From the NCBI GenBank assembly GCA_046570105.1, contig JBKHVI010000010.1:1-64000 (forward strand): 64,000 nt of DNA. Direction: 5' to 3'. A program made the position numbers and the translations under genes. Positions 30,477 to 38,830 of the stretch are shown piece by piece (positions within the stretch are counted from its first letter, which is position 1; each line of letters starts with the position of its first letter). A model generated the notes under the pieces. The model was not told where the DNA came from. It did no database searches and saw only the letters and a program-made list of their open reading frames with translations. The DNA comes from Bacteriovoracia bacterium (GTDB lineage: Bacteria > Bdellovibrionota > Bacteriovoracia > Bacteriovoracales > Bacteriovoracaceae).

Positions 30477-30566
30477 AACATTGCCTTTGTTACAAGGCCT
30501 CCCTTCATTGGGAGGTCATGGATGATTATTGGTGGTGTATCTTGCAGGAGTAATTGTTGGCGGAAA

Positions 30567-30723
30567 TCAAATTCGCCCGTCTCATCCTGGCGCATAGACC
30601 AGTTGAAACCTAAATACTTATGCCAGGATGAATCAACTCACAAAAATAGAAAGCTTAAGGCGTCCTCAAAACGTTTTATAATTAAAGTAAAATTTAAGCT
30701 TCGGACTTCACGGGCGAATTTGA
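30567..30723. ncRNA. Structured element closed by a perfect 14-bp inverted repeat (candidate toxin 5' UTR domain or sRNA)
   Basis: TCAAATTCGCCCGT (30567-30580) / ACGGGCGAATTTGA (30710-30723) enclose the stems TCATCCTGGC/GCCAGGATGA and AAGCTTAA/TTAAGCTT. Confidence 0.5.
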
Positions 30724-30727
30724 ATCT

Positions 30728-31294
30728 CTATTTGCAAGTCTTTTTCAAAACATCATGTGCTTTTTGAATCAGAAGATAATTTTCATGAATGCGCTTCTCT
30801 AAGCGCTTTTTCGTTTTTGCATCAAAATCATTTAATTGAAAACTATCCGGATGCATCTCTTTGGCGCGTGTTTTAAATGCTTTCTTTAAATCTTCAGCAT
30901 TGATCACATTTTTAAGACCAAGAATTCTTAAGTAAAACTGCTCTTCTGTTTCTTGTCCCAAACGTTTTGGATCGAACAGATAAACACGCTGAAGGATTTT
31001 TTTCTTCTCAAGTTCTTTGGGATCAGTTGTTTCTGCTAAAAGCCCTGCGGTTTTGTCCTCGGATTTTTCTTTGAAATCTTTGGGAGCCATGGCCTTCCCA
31101 CTGGCCCTCCCCTTACCTTGAGTCATCAAGCGTTCTTCTTTTTCGATCAGCTCATCGAGAGTTAAATCACGCTCACGTTTGCGACCGAACAGGTACTGCT
31201 CAAGCCAAGCGAAAAGAGATTTGGCCATAATGGCCCCGGCCAGCACAACCGCCAGGCTAATCGCCGCATAGATGATGATTTGCTTTTTATCCAT
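30728..31294 (-). CDS. Membrane-anchored J-domain (DnaJ-like) protein
   Basis: N-terminal TM; C-terminal YLRILGL...LKKAFKTRAKEMHPD...IQKAHDVL. Confidence 0.85.
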   Translation of the reverse strand: MDKKQIIIYAAISLAVVLAGAIMAKSLFAWLEQYLFGRKRERDLTLDELIEKEERLMTQGKGRASGKAMAPKDFKEKSEDKTAGLLAETTDPKELEKKKILQRVYLFDPKRLGQETEEQFYLRILGLKNVINAEDLKKAFKTRAKEMHPDSFQLNDFDAKTKKRLEKRIHENYLLIQKAHDVLKKTCK

Positions 31295-31493
31295 GAAATG
31301 AGTTTACCTGATCGAGCATTTTAGTACCCCTCTTTTCCCATTTTCACTCGTTTACCTCTGCTATGGGGGCAAAAACCTGACGGCAACGCTTTCCCCTTTG
31401 ACGAGGCTTCGCAAGGTTTGAAACAATCTTCTTCGAGACGAAATCCATGGATTGGATTTTGTAACACTTAAGCTTACCAAGGATGGAAGGCCT

Positions 31494-32351
31494 ATGTTTC
31501 CGCTATTCAATTATTCGACGCTCGCTACTCGTCTTGAAAAAGGCACCCGCACATTATTCGTCACGTTGAATCGACCTGATCGTGGGAATGCTCTTCATCA
31601 AGAGATGCTTTTTGAGCTTGAATCACTCATGGCATGGTGTACGACTCGTGTTGAAATCAACACCATCTGCATCGACTCTTGTACTCCTTATTTCTCAACC
31701 GGCGTTGAACTCGCCCGTCTTCCAGAAGCAAGTGCCGCTCAATTAGAAAAACTCACCGCTCGCCTTCATAAAATTATTTTCTCACTCATGCAAATGCCAC
31801 AAACTGTCGTTGTTGATTTAGGCGATGGCGCCGCCAATTGGGCGATGGAATTAGCACTCGGTGCTGATATACGTATTTGTTCGGTGAATGCTGAAATGAA
31901 ATTTGATCATGCGCGCTTGGGCCTTGTCCCTGCTGCCGGTGGAATGACTTTTCTCACTCATTTGATTGGAGCTACCTACGCTCGTCAATGGCTTGCGACT
32001 TCGGAAAATATCGCCATGGAGCAGGCCCGGGCCTCTGGATTGATTCATAAGACTTATGACTCAACTTCACGTCAGGATAGTCTTCACGAAGTGTTAAAGG
32101 CTGTCGCCCTTCAAGCACCGGTTCAACGTATCCAGACTAAGCTTGGGCTATTTGAAGCGCAGCGCCCGCAAATTGAAGCTTCTCTCACCGCCGATCTTAA
32201 AATCGCTAAGGCCGCACGTGTCTCTGAGGATTGGAAAAATCGCCCACAAGACAACGTCACGGAATTTATGCCAGCAAAAAGCATGTCTTATTCGGTGAAA
32301 TTGAGTTTGGTTAAATCAGACGAGTCGCCTAGACCTGAACTCGATCACTAA
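31494..32351 (+). CDS. Enoyl-CoA hydratase/isomerase (crotonase) family protein, divergent
   Basis: VTLNRPDRGNAL, MELALGADIR, RLGLVPAAGG; ATG 31494 preferred over TTG 31452. Confidence 0.85.
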   Translation: MFPLFNYSTLATRLEKGTRTLFVTLNRPDRGNALHQEMLFELESLMAWCTTRVEINTICIDSCTPYFSTGVELARLPEASAAQLEKLTARLHKIIFSLMQMPQTVVVDLGDGAANWAMELALGADIRICSVNAEMKFDHARLGLVPAAGGMTFLTHLIGATYARQWLATSENIAMEQARASGLIHKTYDSTSRQDSLHEVLKAVALQAPVQRIQTKLGLFEAQRPQIEASLTADLKIAKAARVSEDWKNRPQDNVTEFMPAKSMSYSVKLSLVKSDESPRPELDH

Positions 32352-32948
32352 TTACTGGCCGGAAGCTCCTGAGCTAGGAATGACTTCAATCGCAGGAGCT
32401 CTAACGTCTTTTACTTCACGAGTTGAATCATCGAGCACAGCTAGGCCCTGGCATTGCGCCTGGAATTGACCTTTGATGACTGCGTCTTTGACTACTTTGC
32501 GGAAATTCTTCCAGCGTGAAAATAGCGGACGTTCGAGAGATTTATTTTCAGGACAAAATGATCCGTCATCCATCAACTCAGTGAGTATGGCGCGGAACGT
32601 ATCAAACTTTTCGTTTTTATCTTCAAGCGGACAAATCTTTTTAATGTCTTTGTAGAGGGCCTTGAGCGTATCAAGGCGTGGATCAGGCTTTGATGAGAAC
32701 ATGATCATCGGACCATATTTGATAGCGTATACAAAGTCCTCGGCCCAATTATCAATATCGGCAGCGACCTTGATACCTGGCCAATAACCAAGGCTACCTT
32801 GGTGCACATAAATCTGCCCACCCACATGAGTGCTATAGCCATCTTCTTTATTAATCTTATCAGCTTCATCTTGATAAAGTTTCCAGCAAGATTCGGCCGA
32901 AACTTGGGTAGATAGTAGTAGTGTGGTGAGTAGAATAAGTGTTTTCAT
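32352..32948 (-). CDS. Secreted hypothetical protein
   Basis: Signal MKTLILLTTLLLSTQVSA; four Cys. Confidence 0.75.
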   Translation of the reverse strand: MKTLILLTTLLLSTQVSAESCWKLYQDEADKINKEDGYSTHVGGQIYVHQGSLGYWPGIKVAADIDNWAEDFVYAIKYGPMIMFSSKPDPRLDTLKALYKDIKKICPLEDKNEKFDTFRAILTELMDDGSFCPENKSLERPLFSRWKNFRKVVKDAVIKGQFQAQCQGLAVLDDSTREVKDVRAPAIEVIPSSGASGQ

Positions 32949-32955
32949 GGCCATC

Positions 32956-32983
32956 TTATCGGCGGCCCTTGGCTAAAACTTGA
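32956..32983 (-). promoter_or_regulatory. Sigma-28-type promoter candidate
   Basis: Minus strand TCAAG-N15-GCCGATAA (perfect -10), 7 nt before ATG 32948. Confidence 0.55.
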
Positions 32984-33809
32984 GCACTCCGCTCGGAACG
33001 TTTTTTAAGCGGTATCCTAGGAAATAACCCCCTCCACCCGCACCACAGAGCTTTAAAGCAAACTCGCCGCTTGCTAGCCCCTGCTGCCAGACCGTCTTCA
33101 CGCTGGCAGGAATCATCTCATCAAAGGCCTTCAGTTCTAAGGTCGAGAGCGCTCGCATCGTTTGCCCCATCAGAGCTTCATCCAAATGCTCGTAGCATTC
33201 AATGGCTTCGCTTACCAGGGCATCGAGATACTCCATGGTGGCGGCAAATTCAGGATCTTCGGTTTTCTTTTTATAAAGCGCCACGAGCGGTGCTGAGTAG
33301 CGGGCGACACCAGAATCATAGAGAAACCAGCGATCGAGTTTCTGCCACGTTTCTACCGGCATCACGGCGACTTCAGGATCATGGGCCCCTTTAAGCAGCA
33401 AAGGCTTCCCGACCCAAGAAACCAAAGGATCCACACCTGAGCTCTGGCCGTGGTAACAAGATTCCAGGGCAGCTAAGCGTGCGCGCACTTCAGTTAGACT
33501 CCAATCTCTTACGGGTCCATAACTTGCCAAGAGTCCGGCCACCAGAGCGCCCGAACTTCCCAGTCCCTTTCCTTGAGGGATGGTGGAAACAAATCCACCA
33601 CCGTTTTGCAGATCATGCTGCAAGCGTTGAATATCAATTTCAAGTTCCGGATGAGCACCTAAAAAACGCAACAGTGGATTCCAGTCTATCGCCGGTGCTC
33701 CTCTGCCCCAATGTCCTTTGAAATTATCAAAAGGGATAGCGAGTGCCTGTCCGCCGCGAATGACAGTGTATTCACCGAAGAGAAGAATTTTGGCGCTAAA
33801 AGTTTTCAA
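32973..33809 (-). CDS. mvk: Mevalonate kinase (GHMP family)
   Basis: AKILLFGEY, IPQGKGLGSSGA, HGQSSGVD, KLCGAGGGG; in the mevalonate cluster. Confidence 0.8.
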   Translation of the reverse strand: MKTFSAKILLFGEYTVIRGGQALAIPFDNFKGHWGRGAPAIDWNPLLRFLGAHPELEIDIQRLQHDLQNGGGFVSTIPQGKGLGSSGALVAGLLASYGPVRDWSLTEVRARLAALESCYHGQSSGVDPLVSWVGKPLLLKGAHDPEVAVMPVETWQKLDRWFLYDSGVARYSAPLVALYKKKTEDPEFAATMEYLDALVSEAIECYEHLDEALMGQTMRALSTLELKAFDEMIPASVKTVWQQGLASGEFALKLCGAGGGGYFLGYRLKNVPSGVLKF

Positions 33810-34852
33810 ACCGGCCCCGTTCCGAGGCGATCCCAGATGACACCGGCACCCTTCTCGGTCAGACGAAGAAGCTCGTGCCTAACGAAGGCCTCGACTTTAA
33901 CGTGGGCCTCTTCAGGATAGATCAAATGAATATTTGGACCAGCATCGATGGTGAAATAAACCGGCACCTTCGAAGCTTCACGGAAAAGTCGAACCAGACG
34001 GATAATTTCAAGAGATCCTGGTTCAAGCAAAATAAATCCAGGATGGCCCGTCATCATGAGAGCATGAAGAGCTAAGGCATCGGCCTCCATAATGTCGCCG
34101 GCCTTCTGCCAATCACCTGCTTTAAGTGCAGAGAGTGTTTCATTGTAATGAAGATTCGCTTGCTGAGTGCGAGCGGCGGCATAAGGATGGGCCAACATGT
34201 GTGAGTGACCCTGACGAGAAGAGACTTCTTTCTCTTTTGACGACACAATTAAAATACAGTCACGGGTTTGTTTAAAGTTGTTGTGAATCTCGACGACTTC
34301 AGTGGCGTAAAGATCAGACGCTTCGGCCAATCTTCCCGTCTCACCCCAGCTAACAAATCCACCCATTAAAGAGCGGCAAGCTGAACCTGAACCTAAGCGA
34401 GCAAGACTTCCCACCGCTTTCATATCCAGTTCACTGTGACTGGCCTGTGAGAGCAAGCGGCCAAGTAACATCGCTAAAGCCGCTTGCGATGAAGCACTTG
34501 AGGCAATGCCTGAAGAGTGAGGAAAAGTATTTCGTGATTCAATCTTGTAATGATAGCGGCCTAGCAGGGGCAGATCTTTTGCCAGAGAAGCTAAGTAGCT
34601 TTCAATCTTTTTACCAAAGGCCTCACTGGCATTGCCTTCAAATATCAGCTCCACTTTCAAGTGGTCTGCAGGTGTAGCGATTAATTTTGTATGAGTGACG
34701 CTTTCTTTGAGAGTCAGACTCAATGAGGGATTGGCCGGTAATTGATGGCCTTTCTTTCCCCAATATTTTACCCAGGCGATATTGGCGGGAGCGGAAATTT
34801 CTGATTGAAATTCGATTGCGTGAGTGGCGGCAATCCAACTTTTAGGGAACAT
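33806..34852 (-). CDS. mvaD: Diphosphomevalonate decarboxylase
   Basis: APANIAWVKYWGK, NTFPHSSGIASSAS, ARLGSGSACRS, TIDAGPNIH; start at ATG 34852. Confidence 0.92.
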   Translation of the reverse strand: MFPKSWIAATHAIEFQSEISAPANIAWVKYWGKKGHQLPANPSLSLTLKESVTHTKLIATPADHLKVELIFEGNASEAFGKKIESYLASLAKDLPLLGRYHYKIESRNTFPHSSGIASSASSQAALAMLLGRLLSQASHSELDMKAVGSLARLGSGSACRSLMGGFVSWGETGRLAEASDLYATEVVEIHNNFKQTRDCILIVSSKEKEVSSRQGHSHMLAHPYAAARTQQANLHYNETLSALKAGDWQKAGDIMEADALALHALMMTGHPGFILLEPGSLEIIRLVRLFREASKVPVYFTIDAGPNIHLIYPEEAHVKVEAFVRHELLRLTEKGAGVIWDRLGTGPV

Positions 34853-35801
34853 AGCGAAGGTCCTCGTGAGGAGCACAGATGATTTCCTTAAAGGCAATCA
34901 TGGTCGAGAGTCCCTTCGATTGGAAATATTCTCGGGTATCATCCATTGAGCGCTCAGATGTGACCAAGGCAAAATCGCCTCCCCAGGCACCCAGAGATTT
35001 CACGCTTCCCCAGTAATCACTAAAGAGCTCTTCTTTAACGGTCGCAAGCTTCAAGGCCTTACCCACCAATGCTTCATGTTCATTGATGACTCTTTCAAAA
35101 TGACGAAGATCACTCGCCACTGTCATTTCGCGAGTCAGAGATGTGATCATCTCTACTGGAGCTTTCCGCTCTTCCGGAGTGAGTGCTTTAAATTCTTTAA
35201 TGGCCTGTCGCGTATCACGCTTGTGACCGAGATAAACGAGGAATAACTGGTCTTGGCAGCGAGGCGCAAATGAGACGGGTTGCCAACGTGGGAGATGATC
35301 GACGAGTTGATAATGAATCGGCCCCATGGATTGAGCACAGGCAATATCATAGCCCGAGCCACCAAAGCTCTTCATCGCCAATTCAAAGGGAGAAACATAG
35401 GCCCATTGAGCGATATTATATAGCAGCGATGAAGAAGAGCCCAATCCCCATTCACGAGGAAACTCGAGTTTTGTCTCAACCGTAATATCCATCTCATCAC
35501 GCAAGAAATGCGGATTTTGACGACGCACTTGCTGAAGAATTTTTTTGAGATCTTCTGCGACTGTAGGATTATTTGTACTGAGCGCATCGAAATGCCAAAA
35601 ATCCATTTCAGCTTCAAACCAGCTGGCACCCTTATGATCCAATGCATGCCACTTCATTGTTGGCTGGTGAGAGTGACGATGTTTTACTTTTAAACTTTGT
35701 CCCACCGTCGTAGGAAGCGCGAGCGCCTGCGCTCCTTCAAGCACGAAGTATTCACCGGTCAGAAGAATCTTGCCATGGCCATAATACTGCTGATCGCGCA
35801 C
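34842..35801 (-). CDS. GYDIA-family GHMP kinase (probable phosphomevalonate kinase role)
   Basis: GKILLTGEY, WGLGSSS, GSGYDIACA, KSLGAWGGDF. Confidence 0.85.
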   Translation of the reverse strand: MRDQQYYGHGKILLTGEYFVLEGAQALALPTTVGQSLKVKHRHSHQPTMKWHALDHKGASWFEAEMDFWHFDALSTNNPTVAEDLKKILQQVRRQNPHFLRDEMDITVETKLEFPREWGLGSSSSLLYNIAQWAYVSPFELAMKSFGGSGYDIACAQSMGPIHYQLVDHLPRWQPVSFAPRCQDQLFLVYLGHKRDTRQAIKEFKALTPEERKAPVEMITSLTREMTVASDLRHFERVINEHEALVGKALKLATVKEELFSDYWGSVKSLGAWGGDFALVTSERSMDDTREYFQSKGLSTMIAFKEIICAPHEDLRYVP

Positions 35802-35809
35802 ATTGCTTC

Positions 35810-37126
35810 CTAGAGTGATGGGTTCGACTCAACCAGACTTCTTACCGCTGAGTAGGAAACCACTTTATCGGCGAAGTAAACTTGCGCCGATTGTTTTTGG
35901 GCCTCTGTTGCTCCTAACTGCTGCAAGATATTCAAAAGATGCAACTTCATATGCCCTTTTTGAATACCAGTTGTCACCAAAGATCGCACTGCGCCAAAGT
36001 TTTGCGCAAGTCCCACTGCCGCCGCTACTTGCATGAGCTCAGGAGCGCTTGGGCGACCGAGAATATCGAGAGAAATATTGGCGAGCGGGTGAAGATTCGT
36101 GAGCCCTCCCACCGTCCCTAGCGCCATAGGAAGCGTGAGTGAGAACTTAAAGCGCTCACGCTCAAGCGTACATGTTGAGAGCGAGCGATACTGGCCATCG
36201 TTGGCGGCCCAAGCATGGGCACAGGCCTCAATGGCACGGAAGTCATTACCGGTCGCTAGAATCACCGAATCAATGCCATTCATGATGCCTTTATTATGAG
36301 TCACGGCACGTGAACGGTCCACGCGAGCAATCTCTACTCCAGTATGAAAACGACGCGCAAAAGTTTGTGCATCCATGCCTCCAGCAAAAACACCCAAATC
36401 TTCAATTGGACATTCCACTGATACTTCAACCGCACAGTCGGGCGTGAAGTTGGAGAGAATGCACATAATCACTTCAGCAATGCGCTCATCGGCCGGAAGA
36501 TTTGATGCTTCAAGCTTCGCCTGAAACTGGCGCGCCATCTCTTCTAAAATTGAATTGATAAAATTGGCACCCATAGCATCACAGGTTTCAAATTCCATCT
36601 TAAGCTGCCAGTAATCGGCCAGCTCACTGGTGCGATCAACCAGCTCCATTCCGAGAATACCACCGCCACGTTTTTGCATGTTAACGGCAAGACTGGCGAC
36701 ACTTTCTAAAAGTGCCGGACGGGCATCATTGAAGAATTTTACTAAGCGAGACTTATCTCCACGCCACATAAAATGAACTTGGCCCACTTTTTTAGTTGAG
36801 AGAACGCGGGCCTTAAAACCACCACGCTCAGACCAAAATTTTGCTGATAAAGAAGCTGCTGCGACAACAGAGCTCTCTTCAATCACCATCGGCACGCAAT
36901 AAGTTTTGCCGTTGATAAGAAAGTTAGGAGCGACGCCAAAAGGCAGATAGTAGTTCGTCAGAGTATTTTCAGCAAACTCATCAAAACGCGCCTGAATCTT
37001 TTCACTTGGATTCCAAAAGCGTGTCATCTCAGTAATTTCCTGAGCGGTCTTTCCTTCAAACTGACTGCTAAGCCAATTGATCTTTTCAGTTTTACTCATT
37101 TTAGAAAAACCAGAAACCGTTTTCAT
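35810..37126 (-). CDS. mvaA: Class II HMG-CoA reductase
   Basis: PMVIEESSVVAA, TCDAMGANFIN, THNKGIMNG, GNDFRAIEA, GIQKGHM. Confidence 0.93.
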   Translation of the reverse strand: MKTVSGFSKMSKTEKINWLSSQFEGKTAQEITEMTRFWNPSEKIQARFDEFAENTLTNYYLPFGVAPNFLINGKTYCVPMVIEESSVVAAASLSAKFWSERGGFKARVLSTKKVGQVHFMWRGDKSRLVKFFNDARPALLESVASLAVNMQKRGGGILGMELVDRTSELADYWQLKMEFETCDAMGANFINSILEEMARQFQAKLEASNLPADERIAEVIMCILSNFTPDCAVEVSVECPIEDLGVFAGGMDAQTFARRFHTGVEIARVDRSRAVTHNKGIMNGIDSVILATGNDFRAIEACAHAWAANDGQYRSLSTCTLERERFKFSLTLPMALGTVGGLTNLHPLANISLDILGRPSAPELMQVAAAVGLAQNFGAVRSLVTTGIQKGHMKLHLLNILQQLGATEAQKQSAQVYFADKVVSYSAVRSLVESNPSL

Positions 37127-37134
37127 ATCGACTC

Positions 37135-38142
37135 CTATCGCAGGCGCAAGTAAGCTTGCGCCATTGAGAACTGATTCATTTCATTTTTTAAATAACTTCT
37201 TAAGGCCTCTTCACCATTTTGAGCGTGCTTCAACACTCCATTGGCCATACCAAAGAGCGAGCCAGGTAAGCTTTGCGTGAGAGCAAATCCTTGCAGCGAA
37301 TCTTGTACGCCACCAGAAATAATAAAACGCTCACAGCGGAATTTCTCACCTGATTTTTTTAGCTCATTCACAAACCCCACCATCTCTTGAGCGCTATGGC
37401 CGACATTAATGAGTCCGGCGGGCAATGCTTCATTGTTTCGGCGAGCTTCGAGCAAAGAGAAATTGGTGCCACCAAAAGCTGCAAACTCGATCGCCCACAA
37501 AGGCAGCTGCATAAGGGCCTTAAGAGATGCGGGTCCTATGCCATGGCCAACTTCTTTGACGATCACGGGATAGGGAGCAAGACTCACAAATTGAGTGATA
37601 GTTTCAAGCGGAGATGCTTTCAAAAGATCCCCACCAGGCTGATACCATTCTTGTAAGGGATTAATGTGAATGATAAGTCCTGTTGCTTTGAGCTCTTCCA
37701 CCATGGAATGGATGCGACCCAATTCTTTCGTTGCCAACATTTTTTCAATTTGAGCAATTCCCAAATTAGCAAAGAGGGGTCGATGGGGCATATGTTTGCG
37801 CATATCAAAATCTGCGCGCGATTGACGATCTTCCAACAGAGGCCTGCATGAACCTAGTCCCATTCCTAATTCAAACTCATGACAAGCTTTCGCAAGTAAT
37901 GTGTTCAAACCTTGCGCGTGTTTCGCTCCACCAGTCATGCTGGAAATCCACAACGGCATAGTGAATTTAAATTCAGCAAATTGTGTTTCTTGAACAGTAC
38001 TTGGATGAGCAGCTAATAGTGGTTCGTAGAAAAAACGAGTGTCACGAGTTGAGCTCGCAGTTTGAGAACCCTGGGCCATGCTCAGGTGATCCTCTTTACG
38101 GAGGCTTAATGCTGTTTCGCTTCGCGTTATATCGCTACTCAT
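37135..38142 (-). CDS. fni: Type 2 isopentenyl-diphosphate delta-isomerase (FMN-dependent)
   Basis: RKEDHL, ISSMTGG, IHINPLQE, KEVGHG, GGTNF; start at 38142 or 38160. Confidence 0.9.
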   Translation of the reverse strand: MSSDITRSETALSLRKEDHLSMAQGSQTASSTRDTRFFYEPLLAAHPSTVQETQFAEFKFTMPLWISSMTGGAKHAQGLNTLLAKACHEFELGMGLGSCRPLLEDRQSRADFDMRKHMPHRPLFANLGIAQIEKMLATKELGRIHSMVEELKATGLIIHINPLQEWYQPGGDLLKASPLETITQFVSLAPYPVIVKEVGHGIGPASLKALMQLPLWAIEFAAFGGTNFSLLEARRNNEALPAGLINVGHSAQEMVGFVNELKKSGEKFRCERFIISGGVQDSLQGFALTQSLPGSLFGMANGVLKHAQNGEEALRSYLKNEMNQFSMAQAYLRLR

Positions 38143-38271
38143 AAGTGTAGTTTTTACCATGAATCTGGGAGGTGGTTAAGCAATGAGGCGAAGATTTCAG
38201 GGTTTATCTCACGTCTGTTAAAGCCTTCTTCTTAGACATTTTCCTATCTAAGCTAAGTGCTTGAATAGACA

Positions 38272-38805
38272 TTAGTCTAAGCGCAAAAATAGCTCGGGCC
38301 GATGAAAGTCAGGACGCTCTTCAGGGTTGGGATTTAAAGCATAGTACTCGCGGGGTGCTTCCCCTAAGCAAGAAAACAGTCCGCCCCATAACTCTTCCCC
38401 AACAAAATCTGCAGGCAGCTCGACTTCAACGTGACTCGCTAGCCCACCCTCAAATAATTCCACGGAACACTTTATGGGGAGTTCTAAGGGAGTATAAAAC
38501 GCTTCGCGAGGACGTAGAATGACCAAGCAAAGCGCTTGTCCTCGAGGAGAAATTTGCAACTCGAGATAGGGAGCTTTTGTGTCGGCCGCATGAGAGCGCA
38601 GTTGCAGAAAAGCTTCCACCACATCCCAATTCCACAGCTCCCAATTTTTTCGTGGATCCTCACCAAATTGAGGATTCACATACCACGCTCGCACTGGAGT
38701 GAGATTCATCTTCCAGATGATCTTTTGGCCCAGGCGCTGAATTTCCCCACAAATTTGTGTCTCATTAATTGGACTGGAGGCATGAGGTTTAAGGACAAGC
38801 TTCAT
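38272..38805 (-). CDS. DOMON/CBM9-like beta-sandwich hypothetical protein
   Basis: LWNWDVVEAFL, YLELQISPRG, PDFHRPELF. Confidence 0.6.
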   Translation of the reverse strand: MKLVLKPHASSPINETQICGEIQRLGQKIIWKMNLTPVRAWYVNPQFGEDPRKNWELWNWDVVEAFLQLRSHAADTKAPYLELQISPRGQALCLVILRPREAFYTPLELPIKCSVELFEGGLASHVEVELPADFVGEELWGGLFSCLGEAPREYYALNPNPEERPDFHRPELFLRLD

Positions 38806-38830
38806 ACACTCATGATAACCTCGCTGCATC

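Noticed and set aside
30518..30553. Plus-strand mini-ORF MDDYWWCILQE with strong GGGAGG SD and tandem Trp codons (Trp attenuator-like)
   Set aside because: No trp genes or U-tailed terminator follow; it is explained as the mirror image of the fold-back arm complementary to the peptide's start region. Translation cannot be excluded.
30567..30723. Retron msr-msd, 6S RNA or tmRNA interpretation of the inverted-repeat element
   Set aside because: No reverse transcriptase in the window; the fold looks like a three-way junction rather than a 6S rod; no tRNA-like ends or tag ORF.
30522..30767. 81-aa ORF from the track
   Set aside because: No recognisable features; it runs across structured RNA and overlaps the J-domain gene end.
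31365..31420. GGGGGC...TTCCCC possible riboswitch upstream of the crotonase gene
   Set aside because: Only a weak stem and no recognisable aptamer consensus.
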